Positions 18,192 to 27,267 of a stretch of DNA of 50,558 bases are shown here, piece by piece (the first letter of the stretch is position 1; each line of letters begins with the position of its first letter). The translations under genes and the position numbers were made by a program. This DNA is from a virus (lineage: Duplodnaviria > Caudoviricetes), in the IMG/VR virus record IMGVR_UViG_3300038393_001512, positions 1 through 50,558 of that record, one strand, 5' to 3'. A model generated the notes under the pieces. It saw only the letters and a program-made list of their open reading frames with translations, searched no databases and had not been told where the DNA came from.

Positions 18192-18947
18192 ATGCTCTAC
18201 AATACGATCATAGTCCTAGACTTCGAAACCGGCGGGCGAGACCCCTCGCTCGCCGAAATCACACAGGTGGGAGCGGTCGCCATCCGCCCCCGCGACCTCA
18301 AGCTCTACGACACCCATTTCAATATGATGGTGCGTCCCTTGGAGCCCGACAAGCTCGATCCCGAATCGCTCAAGCTGACGAAGACGAATAAGGATGACCT
18401 CATGAAGGCCCCGCACCCTCAGGAGGTCTGGCACAAGTTCGCCGACTGGTGTTCCCAATTCAACCTCGGCGGCAAGAATGACTTGTTTGCGGCCCCCGTG
18501 ATGGCGGGCCACAACATAGTCAACTTCGACATGACGCTCTACGAGCGTTACTCCTATAAGTACAACACGCTGAAGCCCGACAAGTTCCTCAAGAAGAAGG
18601 TGCCTGGCATCTTCAACAATCTGAAGCATTACGACACGATCCAGTTGTTGGGCTACTGGACTGAGAACTTGAAGGACCCGCGAAGTTTGTCTCTCGACAA
18701 CCTTCGAGTCTATTTCGGCATGCCTCAGGCGTCGAAGGATGGTGCCCACGACGCCTTGCAGGACGTCAAGGACACCGCCGCCATCCTCCAGAAGCTCCTC
18801 ATGCTGTCCCGCCACTTCGGCCGGAAGGTCCGCTTCAAGAACTGCTTCGACTTGGAGGCGATGGAGAGAGACCGCGAGGCCGAGAAGTTGGGGGCCGAGG
18901 CTCCCGAAGAGGAGGCCAAGCCAAAGAGGAGGAAGAAGAGTGCGTGA
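18192..18947 (+). CDS. DEDDh 3'-5' exonuclease (DnaQ/epsilon-like)
   Basis: LDFETGG, GHNIVNFD, HDALQDV. Confidence 0.9.
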   Translation: MLYNTIIVLDFETGGRDPSLAEITQVGAVAIRPRDLKLYDTHFNMMVRPLEPDKLDPESLKLTKTNKDDLMKAPHPQEVWHKFADWCSQFNLGGKNDLFAAPVMAGHNIVNFDMTLYERYSYKYNTLKPDKFLKKKVPGIFNNLKHYDTIQLLGYWTENLKDPRSLSLDNLRVYFGMPQASKDGAHDALQDVKDTAAILQKLLMLSRHFGRKVRFKNCFDLEAMERDREAEKLGAEAPEEEAKPKRRKKSA

Positions 18948-20967
18948 AGAAGAGTGGTTCGGGTCCGGTAAGAAGCGACAGCGACGAGAGCACGAGAAGC
19001 AGAAGAAGCAGAGAGAGGCTCAGCAGGAGACCGTCAAGTTTCACGTGCCCAAGGGTAAGGTGAGTGCCGATGGCACTCGCTACGAGTTCTCCTGTGGCTG
19101 TTCCTTCGAGATCGATGCTAGTCGGCCCCTGGTTCACGGATACCCGAGCATCAGGTATCGCGTCGAAGACGTGCCACATGATTGCGAGGCGACCTGGGAC
19201 CTGATCAGTGCTGGACGCACGAAGGGCGTCTTCCAGTTGGAGAGTTCCCTCGGCAAGGCGTGGGCTAGGAGGCTTCGCCCACGAAACCTCGAACACCTGT
19301 CTGCCCTAGTCGCCCTGCTCCGTCCCGGCTGCCTAAAGGCAAAGGACGAACGCGGGGTCTCGATGACCGAGTTGTACTGTCGCCGGAAGAATGGTGAGGA
19401 AGAGGTCGTCATCGACATCAAGGCGATCGAGCACATTCTGGCTCCAACATACGATGTGCTCTGCTATCAAGAGCAGATGATGCAGATCGCTCAGATCGTC
19501 GCCGCCTTCACTCCCGTCGAAGTCGACAAATTGAGGAAGGCGGCGGGCAAGAAGGACCAGAAGTTGATGACCGAAGTGGGCGTCATCTTCGTCGACAAGG
19601 CCGAGAAGTTGGGGGTCATCACCAGGGAGGAGGCGGAACGGCTCTTCGCCAACATCCAGAAGAGCGGTCGGTACTCCTTCAACAAGAGTCACTCGGTGTG
19701 CTATGCCATTGACTCTTACTGGACGGCACACCAGAAGGCCCACATCCCCGTCTACTTCTTTACCTCGTACCTTCGGTACGCCAAGGAGAAGCAGGACCCC
19801 TTGAAGGAGATCAGGGCTCTCATCAACGATGCGAAGACCTTCAACATTGAGGTTCAGCCGCCCCGCTTCCACGACTTCGACCCGCACTTCTCGACGGATA
19901 GGGTGGTCATCACCTTCGGCCTGAGCGATGTCAAGGGGATCGGCGTCAAGAACGTGGCGAAGACGATCGCCGCCATTGGCGGCGTGGAGCAGGAGGTCGG
20001 AAGGCCATCCATTCAGTGGACGTGGTTCGAATTCCTCGTCTACTTCTCCGAGCACAGCAATGCGGCGATGATCAAGAAGATGATCGAGGTCGGGGCCCTC
20101 CGCAACTTCAGGATGGATCGGCTTCGCTTGCTCGCCGAGTACGATGCGTGGACCCGGCTCACAGTCACGGAAAGGGAACGGATTGCCGTCCTCAATCGTC
20201 CCCTCTACAAGATGGAGGCGGTGAAGGAGACGGTAGAGGTCGAGGTCGACGACTACGACAAGGCCGAGATGAAGGCGTACCGGGCCCGCTGCAAGGAGTG
20301 CAAGAAGAACGGGGAGGAGAAGCCCGAGCACCCGCCCGCAATCGGCAAGAAGATGGCCAAGAAGAAGGTGTCGGCCAGGGACGAGGACGGCAATGTCATC
20401 TACAGGGAAGTGCTCGATGATGATGAGGAGCCCATCGTCATCGACGAGGCCCGCGAAGCGAACACCTTGATCGAGGCCATCACCCAATTGCTGGAGCGTC
20501 CCGGTGCGGTCGGTAAGGACCGCCGAGAGAAGGTGGAGGCGATACGCGATCTCCTGCTCCATCCGGCTTCGCCGCTCGAAGACAAGCCCTACTGGATCGC
20601 CAAGAAGGAAGAGGAGGCCCTTGGACTTCCCATCACCTGCACTCATGTGGATGCCGCCGACAAGAGCATGGTCGACACCACCTGCAAGGAGCTTCGCGAG
20701 GGCAAGGATCTGTACGAGATGACGATCGGCGTCGAGATCAATGAAGTTCGCGAGATCGCCGTCAAGAATGGGAAGAACAGGGGCCGCAAGATGGCGTACC
20801 TCTGCGTCTCGGACGAGACGGGGGCACTGGACGATGTCACGGTCTTCTCAGAGGCTTGGGCTGAGTACGGACACCTTCTCGCACGAGAGAAAACGGTGGC
20901 CGCTCTCCAGGGCAGGAAGGACCAGCAAAGGGGCTCCTTCATTGTCGACAAAGTCTGGGAAATCTGA
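18940..20967 (+). CDS. dnaE: DNA polymerase III alpha, C-terminal half (fingers, HhH, OB)
   Basis: GTG 18940 after GAGGAGG; TKGVFQLES, ALLRPG, LCYQEQMMQIA, LRKAAGKK, YSFNKSHSVCY, GLSDVKGIG, MAYL.V.D.TG...VTVF OB fold. Confidence 0.92.
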   Translation: MREEEWFGSGKKRQRREHEKQKKQREAQQETVKFHVPKGKVSADGTRYEFSCGCSFEIDASRPLVHGYPSIRYRVEDVPHDCEATWDLISAGRTKGVFQLESSLGKAWARRLRPRNLEHLSALVALLRPGCLKAKDERGVSMTELYCRRKNGEEEVVIDIKAIEHILAPTYDVLCYQEQMMQIAQIVAAFTPVEVDKLRKAAGKKDQKLMTEVGVIFVDKAEKLGVITREEAERLFANIQKSGRYSFNKSHSVCYAIDSYWTAHQKAHIPVYFFTSYLRYAKEKQDPLKEIRALINDAKTFNIEVQPPRFHDFDPHFSTDRVVITFGLSDVKGIGVKNVAKTIAAIGGVEQEVGRPSIQWTWFEFLVYFSEHSNAAMIKKMIEVGALRNFRMDRLRLLAEYDAWTRLTVTERERIAVLNRPLYKMEAVKETVEVEVDDYDKAEMKAYRARCKECKKNGEEKPEHPPAIGKKMAKKKVSARDEDGNVIYREVLDDDEEPIVIDEAREANTLIEAITQLLERPGAVGKDRREKVEAIRDLLLHPASPLEDKPYWIAKKEEEALGLPITCTHVDAADKSMVDTTCKELREGKDLYEMTIGVEINEVREIAVKNGKNRGRKMAYLCVSDETGALDDVTVFSEAWAEYGHLLAREKTVAALQGRKDQQRGSFIVDKVWEI

Positions 20968-20996
20968 TTGACAAAAGGCGTTGGCCGGTTTATCAC
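20968..20996 (+). promoter_or_regulatory. Possible promoter (perfect -35, weak -10)
   Basis: TTGACA-17 nt-TATCAC immediately after the dnaE-C stop; the -10 lacks the conserved final T. Confidence 0.3.
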
Positions 20997-20997
20997 A

Positions 20998-21510
20998 ATG
21001 TACAGAATCGCTGAAATCAAGAAGCTTTTGCGTGAGAGTGACTATGTGCCCATCGTTCAACGGGTGGGCGACGGCTGCATCTTCACGCTCCCCCATCCCG
21101 TGCTCGTAACCCCGCTCATCCCACGCCTTACACAGGGGTATGCGATCAAGCGGGGCGGCGACACGGGCATCTACTACAACACATCGCTCAGCCCGACAGA
21201 GAAGTTCATGTCGGTGCCTGAATATGCGATAAGACTACTCGTGATGGTGGACATCGTGAGTTGCTGTAAGCGGCTCCCCATCAGTGTAGATCTCGTCCAC
21301 TATGTGGCCGAGAACGGTGAGCCTCTCTCCGCTATGGAGGAGATCATCGACCCGCCTGCCTCTGAAGAGGAGCAGGCAAGGGAGGGGTTCCTCAAGGGCC
21401 TCTTCTTCGACTCCAGGGGAGAGGGTTTCCCCCCTGACTTTGAGGAGGTAGCGATCGTTCATGGCGTGCATGACGGCTATCGACTCGTGAAAGCATTTTT
21501 CGAAGGGTGA
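20998..21510 (+). CDS. Hypothetical protein
   Basis: Fills the gap before ssb; GTGA coupling. Confidence 0.7.
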   Translation: MYRIAEIKKLLRESDYVPIVQRVGDGCIFTLPHPVLVTPLIPRLTQGYAIKRGGDTGIYYNTSLSPTEKFMSVPEYAIRLLVMVDIVSCCKRLPISVDLVHYVAENGEPLSAMEEIIDPPASEEEQAREGFLKGLFFDSRGEGFPPDFEEVAIVHGVHDGYRLVKAFFEG

Positions 21511-22076
21511 ACATGAATCATTGCATTTTCGTCGGTAACGTGGTCAAGACCCCCCAACTCGAAAGCATCAAGGGCAAGAACGGGGACGTCTCTGTGACCA
21601 AGTTCAAGATCGGGGTCAACAACAGGCAGCGGAACGAGTCGACCTTCCCCTACTGCGAAGCCTGGGGCAAGGGAGCCGAGATGATCTGCGAACACTTCAG
21701 GACGGGTGATCTCATCCGGGTCTACTGCTCGCTGGTGACGGACTCATGGCCCGACAAGCAGACCGGCGAGACCAAGTACCGGGACAAGTTCCGGGTCGAA
21801 CGCTTCGAGTTCGTGGAGGCCCGCAAGGCTCCCAGCACGGACGAGACGGAGGGCAACGAAGAGGTCGAAGAAGGTGAAGAGGAGCAGGAAGCTCCCGAAG
21901 AGGCTCCTAAGCCGTCGACCAAGTCAACGACGAAGGACAAGAAAAAGAAGAATGGGAAGCCTGTGACGGCTCCCGCGACCCGTCCGAAGGCTGAGGCACC
22001 CGCCGAAGTCGATGAGGATGGGGATGGGGAAGATGGGGACGGCGAAGATGACGAAGACGGCCGCATCCCATTCTGA
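21507..22076 (+). CDS. ssb: Single-stranded DNA-binding protein
   Basis: NHCIFVGNVVKTP, CEAWGKGAE, GDLIRV OB fold; acidic tail ending DEDGRIPF. Confidence 0.93.
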   Translation: MNMNHCIFVGNVVKTPQLESIKGKNGDVSVTKFKIGVNNRQRNESTFPYCEAWGKGAEMICEHFRTGDLIRVYCSLVTDSWPDKQTGETKYRDKFRVERFEFVEARKAPSTDETEGNEEVEEGEEEQEAPEEAPKPSTKSTTKDKKKKNGKPVTAPATRPKAEAPAEVDEDGDGEDGDGEDDEDGRIPF

Positions 22077-22083
22077 TGTACGC

Positions 22084-22110
22084 GAGGGGCGGGGCAACCC
22101 GCCCCCTCTT
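22084..22110 (+). terminator. GC-rich hairpin with a GCAA loop between ssb and the glycosyltransferase cluster
   Basis: GAGGGGCGGG-GCAA-CCCGCCCCCTC followed by a short TT; weak U-tract. Confidence 0.6.
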
Positions 22111-22130
22111 CACTGAGGACACATTAATAC

Positions 22131-23783
22131 ATGAGCCGCAAACCACGCCTGCTGCTGGTCAACGAAGCCAGCTTCCTCTCAACCGGCTATTCGACCTACG
22201 GCATGGAAGTGATGAAGAGGCTCCATGCGACCGGCAAGTACGAGTTAGCCGAGCTTGCCATCTACGGAACACCAGATGACCCACGTCAACACGAGTTGCC
22301 GTGGGCTTATTTCGGTAATATGCCCCCTGAAGGCTCGCCCCGCCGAGCCGAATACGACACTCGATCCAGCTACGAGTTCGGCGACTTCACCTTCAATGAG
22401 GTCTGCCTCAAGTATCGCCCCGACATCGTCTGGGACATCCGAGACCACTGGATGATGGAGTTCGCGGAGCGAAGCCCGTTCCGCCCCTTCTACCACTGGT
22501 GCATCATGCCAACGGTCGATGCTATGCCTCAGAATGAAGCATGGCTATCAACCTACATGAACGCGGATGCGGTCCTCACGTACTCGGATTGGGGGATGAA
22601 GGTACTGGAGCAGGAAGGTGGGGGTCTCATCAAGACGAGGGGATCGGCCCCTCCGTGTGCCGATATGGAGGTCTTCGTCCCGGTTGACAAGGCCGACCTC
22701 CGTCGCCGCTTCTCGTTCCGCGAGGACATCTTCATCGTGGGCACCGTCATGCGGAATCAGCCCCGCAAGCTGTACCCTCAGTTGATTAAGGACTTCGCCC
22801 GCTTCATCAAGACCGCTCCTCCCAACATAGCTCTCAAGACCTACCTCTATCTGCATACGAGCTATCCCGATAAGAATGGGTGGGACATCCCCCGCCTCAT
22901 CAAGCAGAGTGGCGTGGCCCACAAGATCATCGTCACCTATAGATGCAAACTCTGCCATCTGATCTTCCCCGCCCTCTTCCAAGACTGTCGGGGTGCCTGC
23001 GTCAAGTGCGGTTCGAATGCCGCCGTCATGCCCAACGTAGCTGACGGTGTGGATCGGGCCACCCTCTCCAAGATCATCAACCTCTTTGACCTCTACGTCC
23101 AGTATGCCAACAGCGAGGGCTTCGGGATGCCCCAAGTTGAAGCCGCCTCATGCGGCGTGCCCGTCTACTCCACCGACTATTCGGCCATGTCCGACGTGGT
23201 GAGGAAGATTGGGGGCGTGCCCATCAAGGTGCTGAGCCTGGATGAGGAGCAGGGAAGTGGGTGTCTGAGGGCCCGTCCCGATGGCGACGACTTCGTGGCC
23301 AAGCTGGGTAGCTACTTCAGCAAGCCCGAATCGCTCCGACGCCTGGCCAACCAGAAGGCTCGCACCTGCACTGAGAAGAGCTACAGTTGGGATAAGACGA
23401 CGGATACCTGGATGAAGGTGTTCGATTCCCTGCCCCTCCGAGAGCCGAAGGCGACTTGGGATTCGCCCCCGCGTATTCACATACCTCAAGCCGCACCGGC
23501 CGAGATGCCTTCGAACGAGGCTTACGTGAAGTGGGCCATCACCAATGTGCTCGGCAGGCCCGATCTCGTTAACTCCTACTTGGCCCTCCGTCTCATTCGT
23601 GACTTGAATTGGGGTGCCACGACGCAAGCGTTGGGCTCCTCCTACTTCAACGAAGACTCCTTTGAGCACGGATACAGGGCCCGCGTCCGCGAGTTCAGCA
23701 CCGGCCACGCATATCAGGAGCTTCGTGCCATGTGCGAGTACAACAACTTGTGGGAGGAGAAACGGTGTTCCAAACATGACTAA
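22131..23783 (+). CDS. GT-B (GT4-like) glycosyltransferase with an inserted Zn ribbon
   Basis: STGYSTYG, GTVMRNQPRK, SEGFGMPQVEAASCGVPV (E-x7-E); CKLC...CVKC insertion. Confidence 0.9.
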   Translation: MSRKPRLLLVNEASFLSTGYSTYGMEVMKRLHATGKYELAELAIYGTPDDPRQHELPWAYFGNMPPEGSPRRAEYDTRSSYEFGDFTFNEVCLKYRPDIVWDIRDHWMMEFAERSPFRPFYHWCIMPTVDAMPQNEAWLSTYMNADAVLTYSDWGMKVLEQEGGGLIKTRGSAPPCADMEVFVPVDKADLRRRFSFREDIFIVGTVMRNQPRKLYPQLIKDFARFIKTAPPNIALKTYLYLHTSYPDKNGWDIPRLIKQSGVAHKIIVTYRCKLCHLIFPALFQDCRGACVKCGSNAAVMPNVADGVDRATLSKIINLFDLYVQYANSEGFGMPQVEAASCGVPVYSTDYSAMSDVVRKIGGVPIKVLSLDEEQGSGCLRARPDGDDFVAKLGSYFSKPESLRRLANQKARTCTEKSYSWDKTTDTWMKVFDSLPLREPKATWDSPPRIHIPQAAPAEMPSNEAYVKWAITNVLGRPDLVNSYLALRLIRDLNWGATTQALGSSYFNEDSFEHGYRARVREFSTGHAYQELRAMCEYNNLWEEKRCSKHD

Positions 23784-24909
23784 GCCTATCAGAGTGCTTT
23801 ACATCTCGAATTACCATGACGGAACGGGTTGGGGCCATGCCGCTCTCAACTACATCCAAGCCCTCGATGCGGCTGGAATCGACGTAACATGTCGCCCCAT
23901 CAAGCTGAACGATGTCAAGGGAGAGGTTCCCCCTCGCATACTTGAGCTAGAAGCGAAGTCGCACGGAGCGTACGACGCAGTAATCCAGCATGTGCTCCCG
24001 CATCAGATGGAGTACGAGGGCCGACTCAAACGCAACATCGGCCTCTTCTTCGCTGAGACTAGCAACTTCTGCATGACAGACTGGCCCGAGAAGTTGAACT
24101 GTATGAGCGAAGGTTGGGTATGTTGTGAGCACAACGTGAACGCCGCTCGGGACAGCGGAGTCACCATCCCCCTATCCGTGATTCCCATCCCTTGCGATGT
24201 GTCGAGGTACGGCCGTACCTATGAGCCGCTGAGCATCACGAAGAAGCTGGCGGGCAACTTCATCTTCTACACGATCGGGGAGTCTGTCCGACGTAAGAAT
24301 CTGGTGGCCCTCCTGAAAGCCTTCCACCTTGAGTTCGATGTGAACGAGTCGGTCAGCCTCCTAATCAAGACGACGCCGAAGGGCGACAAGGATGAGCAGC
24401 AGACCTATGCGGACACGGTCGATTTCTGCAAGCACATCAAGGAGGGGCTGAAGATCTATGAGAAGGTGGAGCACTACAAGAAGGAGATCGTGATCGCGGG
24501 GCGGTACAGCGAGGAGGAAATCCTCCGTTTGCATGCCTCGTGCGACTGTGGCGTATTCCCATCCTACGGCGAAGCCTGGTCGGTCCCCGCCTTCGATGCG
24601 ATGGGCCTCGGCAAGACCCCGATCGTGACCGATTCGAGCGGCTTCCGCCAGTACCTCAACAATGAGTGCGGCTGGATGGTGCCCGCCCACCGCGAAGCGG
24701 TCTACGCCACACAATTAGACACTTTCCAAAATTTGCATACTTCGTTCGAGGAGTGGGACAGTATCGAGGTTGCACAGCTTCGTAAGGCAATGCGGGAAGC
24801 CTATACAGATGCAGAGTTGCGGAAGGCGAAGGCACTGGCGGGCACCGCACGAGCTTTTGATTTCAGTTTCGCCAAGATCGGACAATTAATGAAGGAGGCA
24901 TTACAGTGA
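23776..24909 (+). CDS. GT-B (GT4-like) glycosyltransferase
   Basis: DGTGWGHAA, IGESVRRKN, PSYGEAWSVPAFDAMGLGKTPI. Confidence 0.88.
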   Translation: MTKPIRVLYISNYHDGTGWGHAALNYIQALDAAGIDVTCRPIKLNDVKGEVPPRILELEAKSHGAYDAVIQHVLPHQMEYEGRLKRNIGLFFAETSNFCMTDWPEKLNCMSEGWVCCEHNVNAARDSGVTIPLSVIPIPCDVSRYGRTYEPLSITKKLAGNFIFYTIGESVRRKNLVALLKAFHLEFDVNESVSLLIKTTPKGDKDEQQTYADTVDFCKHIKEGLKIYEKVEHYKKEIVIAGRYSEEEILRLHASCDCGVFPSYGEAWSVPAFDAMGLGKTPIVTDSSGFRQYLNNECGWMVPAHREAVYATQLDTFQNLHTSFEEWDSIEVAQLRKAMREAYTDAELRKAKALAGTARAFDFSFAKIGQLMKEALQ

Positions 24910-25445
24910 GCGATAGCGAAATCGTTGAGATTGATGGGACAAACTTCCCCCACGGGGAGCCGATGGGTCGCGGCAATCTCTTCTTCATGATGGGCGTGCA
25001 ACGGAGTGGGAAATCCACTTTTGCCACCGAGTGGGTGAGGGCCGTCCTCTTGAATGGACGCCCACGAGCCCTCGTCTGCTCCGACGACATTCGCTTGGCT
25101 CTCTATGGCGAACGCTATCGCCACGAGGGGGAGCCGATGGTGTGGGCCATCAACGGCTACATGGTCGAAGCCTTGCTGGCTCGTGGCCACGATGTGCTGG
25201 TGGACGGGACGAATACAACCCGCCCCAGTATCAAGAGAATTCTTGAAGTGGACATCAACGCACGTCCCTTCGTAATCAATACGCCGAAGGATGTATGCCT
25301 CCAGCGTGCCGTCCTTACTAACCAGACCGACCTCTTACCCGTCATCGAACGTTGCCACCAGCAACTTGAGGAGCTACGTTCCTACGGTATCGAGAAGACC
25401 ATCCAAGAAGTCCGACAGTCTATCATCGCCAGAAGGAGCAAGTGA
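24906..25445 (+). CDS. P-loop kinase (AAA_33 / polynucleotide-kinase-like)
   Basis: GVQRSGKST, SDDIR, VLVDGTN, lid CLQR. Confidence 0.85.
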   Translation: MSDSEIVEIDGTNFPHGEPMGRGNLFFMMGVQRSGKSTFATEWVRAVLLNGRPRALVCSDDIRLALYGERYRHEGEPMVWAINGYMVEALLARGHDVLVDGTNTTRPSIKRILEVDINARPFVINTPKDVCLQRAVLTNQTDLLPVIERCHQQLEELRSYGIEKTIQEVRQSIIARRSK

Positions 25446-25780
25446 TGTCCGAACCACTCAAGTTCAAGAGCCCCGTCTTCCAGCCCGGCGTCAATATCAC
25501 GGTACGTGACGGTGCCAAGTGGGATATGCTGGTCGATCAGCTTCCCAAAGATGTCGTCATTGAGAATGAGGCGGGGGAAGCTATCGGCAGAGGAAAGATC
25601 ATCGGCAAGATGGTGATCCCCTTCCAGAGCATCCCCGAGGAGATCTTGAAGTTGGAGCACGATCAGAGTGCCCAGAACTTCGAGGGATTGAAGGCGGCAA
25701 TGGAGAATGCCTATGGGGCCAACTGGACGCCATCCGGCGTAGTCACCGTCCTCTTCTTCGTCTACAGGCCCACCCAGTAA
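25445..25780 (+). CDS. ASCH/PUA-like domain protein
   Basis: LKF...G.NITVR.G, FQSIPEE, F..LK..MENAYG, VTVLFF resemble the ASCH fold. Confidence 0.6.
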   Translation: MSEPLKFKSPVFQPGVNITVRDGAKWDMLVDQLPKDVVIENEAGEAIGRGKIIGKMVIPFQSIPEEILKLEHDQSAQNFEGLKAAMENAYGANWTPSGVVTVLFFVYRPTQ

Positions 25781-26797
25781 ATGGCAAAGATCCTGAGTAG
25801 CATCCTGAGGGCTGCCGTTCGCGAGGACGGCGAGCCCCTCAACATTTTGACCTTCCCGACTCACGAGCGAACAGAAACAAATCTTTGTGCTACAGGGCAC
25901 AATTTCTACTCGTGGCGAGGACCAGGTATCAAAGATTGGAATCGTGTGTTCGCCCCGGTCCCTCCCAACTACACGCTCCTCAATGGAGAGGGCGGCGAAG
26001 CCCAACTCCTCCCCGACATCGCTTATGACTTGGTGCTCTCGCAGAACAAGATGGGTCAGTTCCCAATAGCGAAGCAACTAGCATCAAAGTTACATATCCC
26101 TCTCATCACCCTTGAGCACACCCTACCCCACCCCGAGTGGGGAGACGGAATCACGCTTCGCATGAAGCAGATGAGTGGAGACACGAACGTCTTCATTAGC
26201 GACTATTCGAGGCAAGCCTGGCTCTGCGAGGAGCAGGAAGGTGTTGTCATTGAGCACGGAGTGGACACGGCACTCTTTTGTCCCCCGCCCGCCCAATTCT
26301 ATCGACGTCCCGTGATCCTCGCGGTAGTGAACGACTGGATCAATCGGGACTGGTGCTGTGGCTTCTACCTCTGGAAAGAGGTCACCGATGGGCTTCCCTG
26401 CTACGTCGTGGGGGACACCCCCGACCTCTCGCTACCGGCTCAGAACACGGCGGAACTCGTCTTCCGCTACCAACAGTCCTCCATCTTTATCAACACGGCG
26501 ACGGCAAGCCCAATCCCCACCGTCCTCCTCGAAGCGATGGCGTGCGGGTGTGCGGTGGTCTCCACCGAGAACCCGATGACCGCCAGTGTGATCGAGGATG
26601 GGGTCAACGGCTTCATCACCAACGATCGGGCGAAGATGAGGGAGTCGCTTGAGAAGCTACTAGCTAACCCCGATCTGTGCTCGGAGATGGGGCAGCGGGC
26701 CCGACAGACGATCGAAGATCGTTACTCGCTTGCTAGTTTCATTTCGAACTGGAATGAAGTCCTCCTATCGACCGCCAACAAGGTGGTGAACGTATGA
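25781..26797 (+). CDS. GT-B (GT4-like) glycosyltransferase
   Basis: IEHGVDT..F.P, IFINT...SPIPTVLLEAMACGCAVV, IEDGVNGF, F...WN. Confidence 0.9.
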   Translation: MAKILSSILRAAVREDGEPLNILTFPTHERTETNLCATGHNFYSWRGPGIKDWNRVFAPVPPNYTLLNGEGGEAQLLPDIAYDLVLSQNKMGQFPIAKQLASKLHIPLITLEHTLPHPEWGDGITLRMKQMSGDTNVFISDYSRQAWLCEEQEGVVIEHGVDTALFCPPPAQFYRRPVILAVVNDWINRDWCCGFYLWKEVTDGLPCYVVGDTPDLSLPAQNTAELVFRYQQSSIFINTATASPIPTVLLEAMACGCAVVSTENPMTASVIEDGVNGFITNDRAKMRESLEKLLANPDLCSEMGQRARQTIEDRYSLASFISNWNEVLLSTANKVVNV

Positions 26798-27267
26798 AGT
26801 TGAACCTACTCTACAACAACAATATGGTGAGGGCGGGCTACACGAACATAGACCCATTCGCCCCTCCCGACGATCCCGACCGCACGAACGGGGATATCGT
26901 CAACCTAGATGAATACGTCGATGATGCTGAGGCAACCGACATCATCGCCCTCAACGTGATCGACTTCATGCCCTCGTCGGAAACGAACGAGATCATTGCT
27001 GGGTGGATCAAGAAGTTGAGGCATGGCGGCACCATCACCATTGGCGGAGTCGACATCCGCGACGTATCCAAGGCGATCATCTACCAGCAACTCAGCTTGA
27101 CGGATGCCAACTTCCTCCTCTACGGAGCCCAGCGGGCCCCGTGGGAGTATAAGAAGGCCACGCTCACGCTCCAACACCTGATCAATGCTTTGCAGGGGCA
27201 GGGAATGGAGATCATCAAGAAGCATAGTGAGAACTTCACCTACCACGTAACCGCAAGGAGACCATGA
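26794..27267 (+). CDS. Class I SAM methyltransferase-like protein (degenerate motif I)
   Basis: MKLNL...GYTNID...GDIVNL...IIALNVIDF...W.KKLRHGG.I matches small glycan-cluster methyltransferases, but the GxG motif is missing. Confidence 0.65.
   Translation: MKLNLLYNNNMVRAGYTNIDPFAPPDDPDRTNGDIVNLDEYVDDAEATDIIALNVIDFMPSSETNEIIAGWIKKLRHGGTITIGGVDIRDVSKAIIYQQLSLTDANFLLYGAQRAPWEYKKATLTLQHLINALQGQGMEIIKKHSENFTYHVTARRP

Noticed and set aside
18739-18939. Longer N-terminus for dnaE-C given in the ORF track
   Set aside because: It overlaps the upstream exonuclease in another frame and reads as shadow sequence; GTG 18940 has a strong GAGGAGG RBS.
16260-19200. Split intein or intron joining the two dnaE halves
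   Set aside because: No intein N-terminal block or His-Asn-Cys junction at either end; the gap is filled by four tightly packed protein genes and leaves no room for intron RNA structure.
15659-20646. Long minus-strand ORFs (15659-16873, 19333-20646) opposite dnaE
   Set aside because: Antisense shadows expected from GC-rich codon bias; no motifs or RBS.
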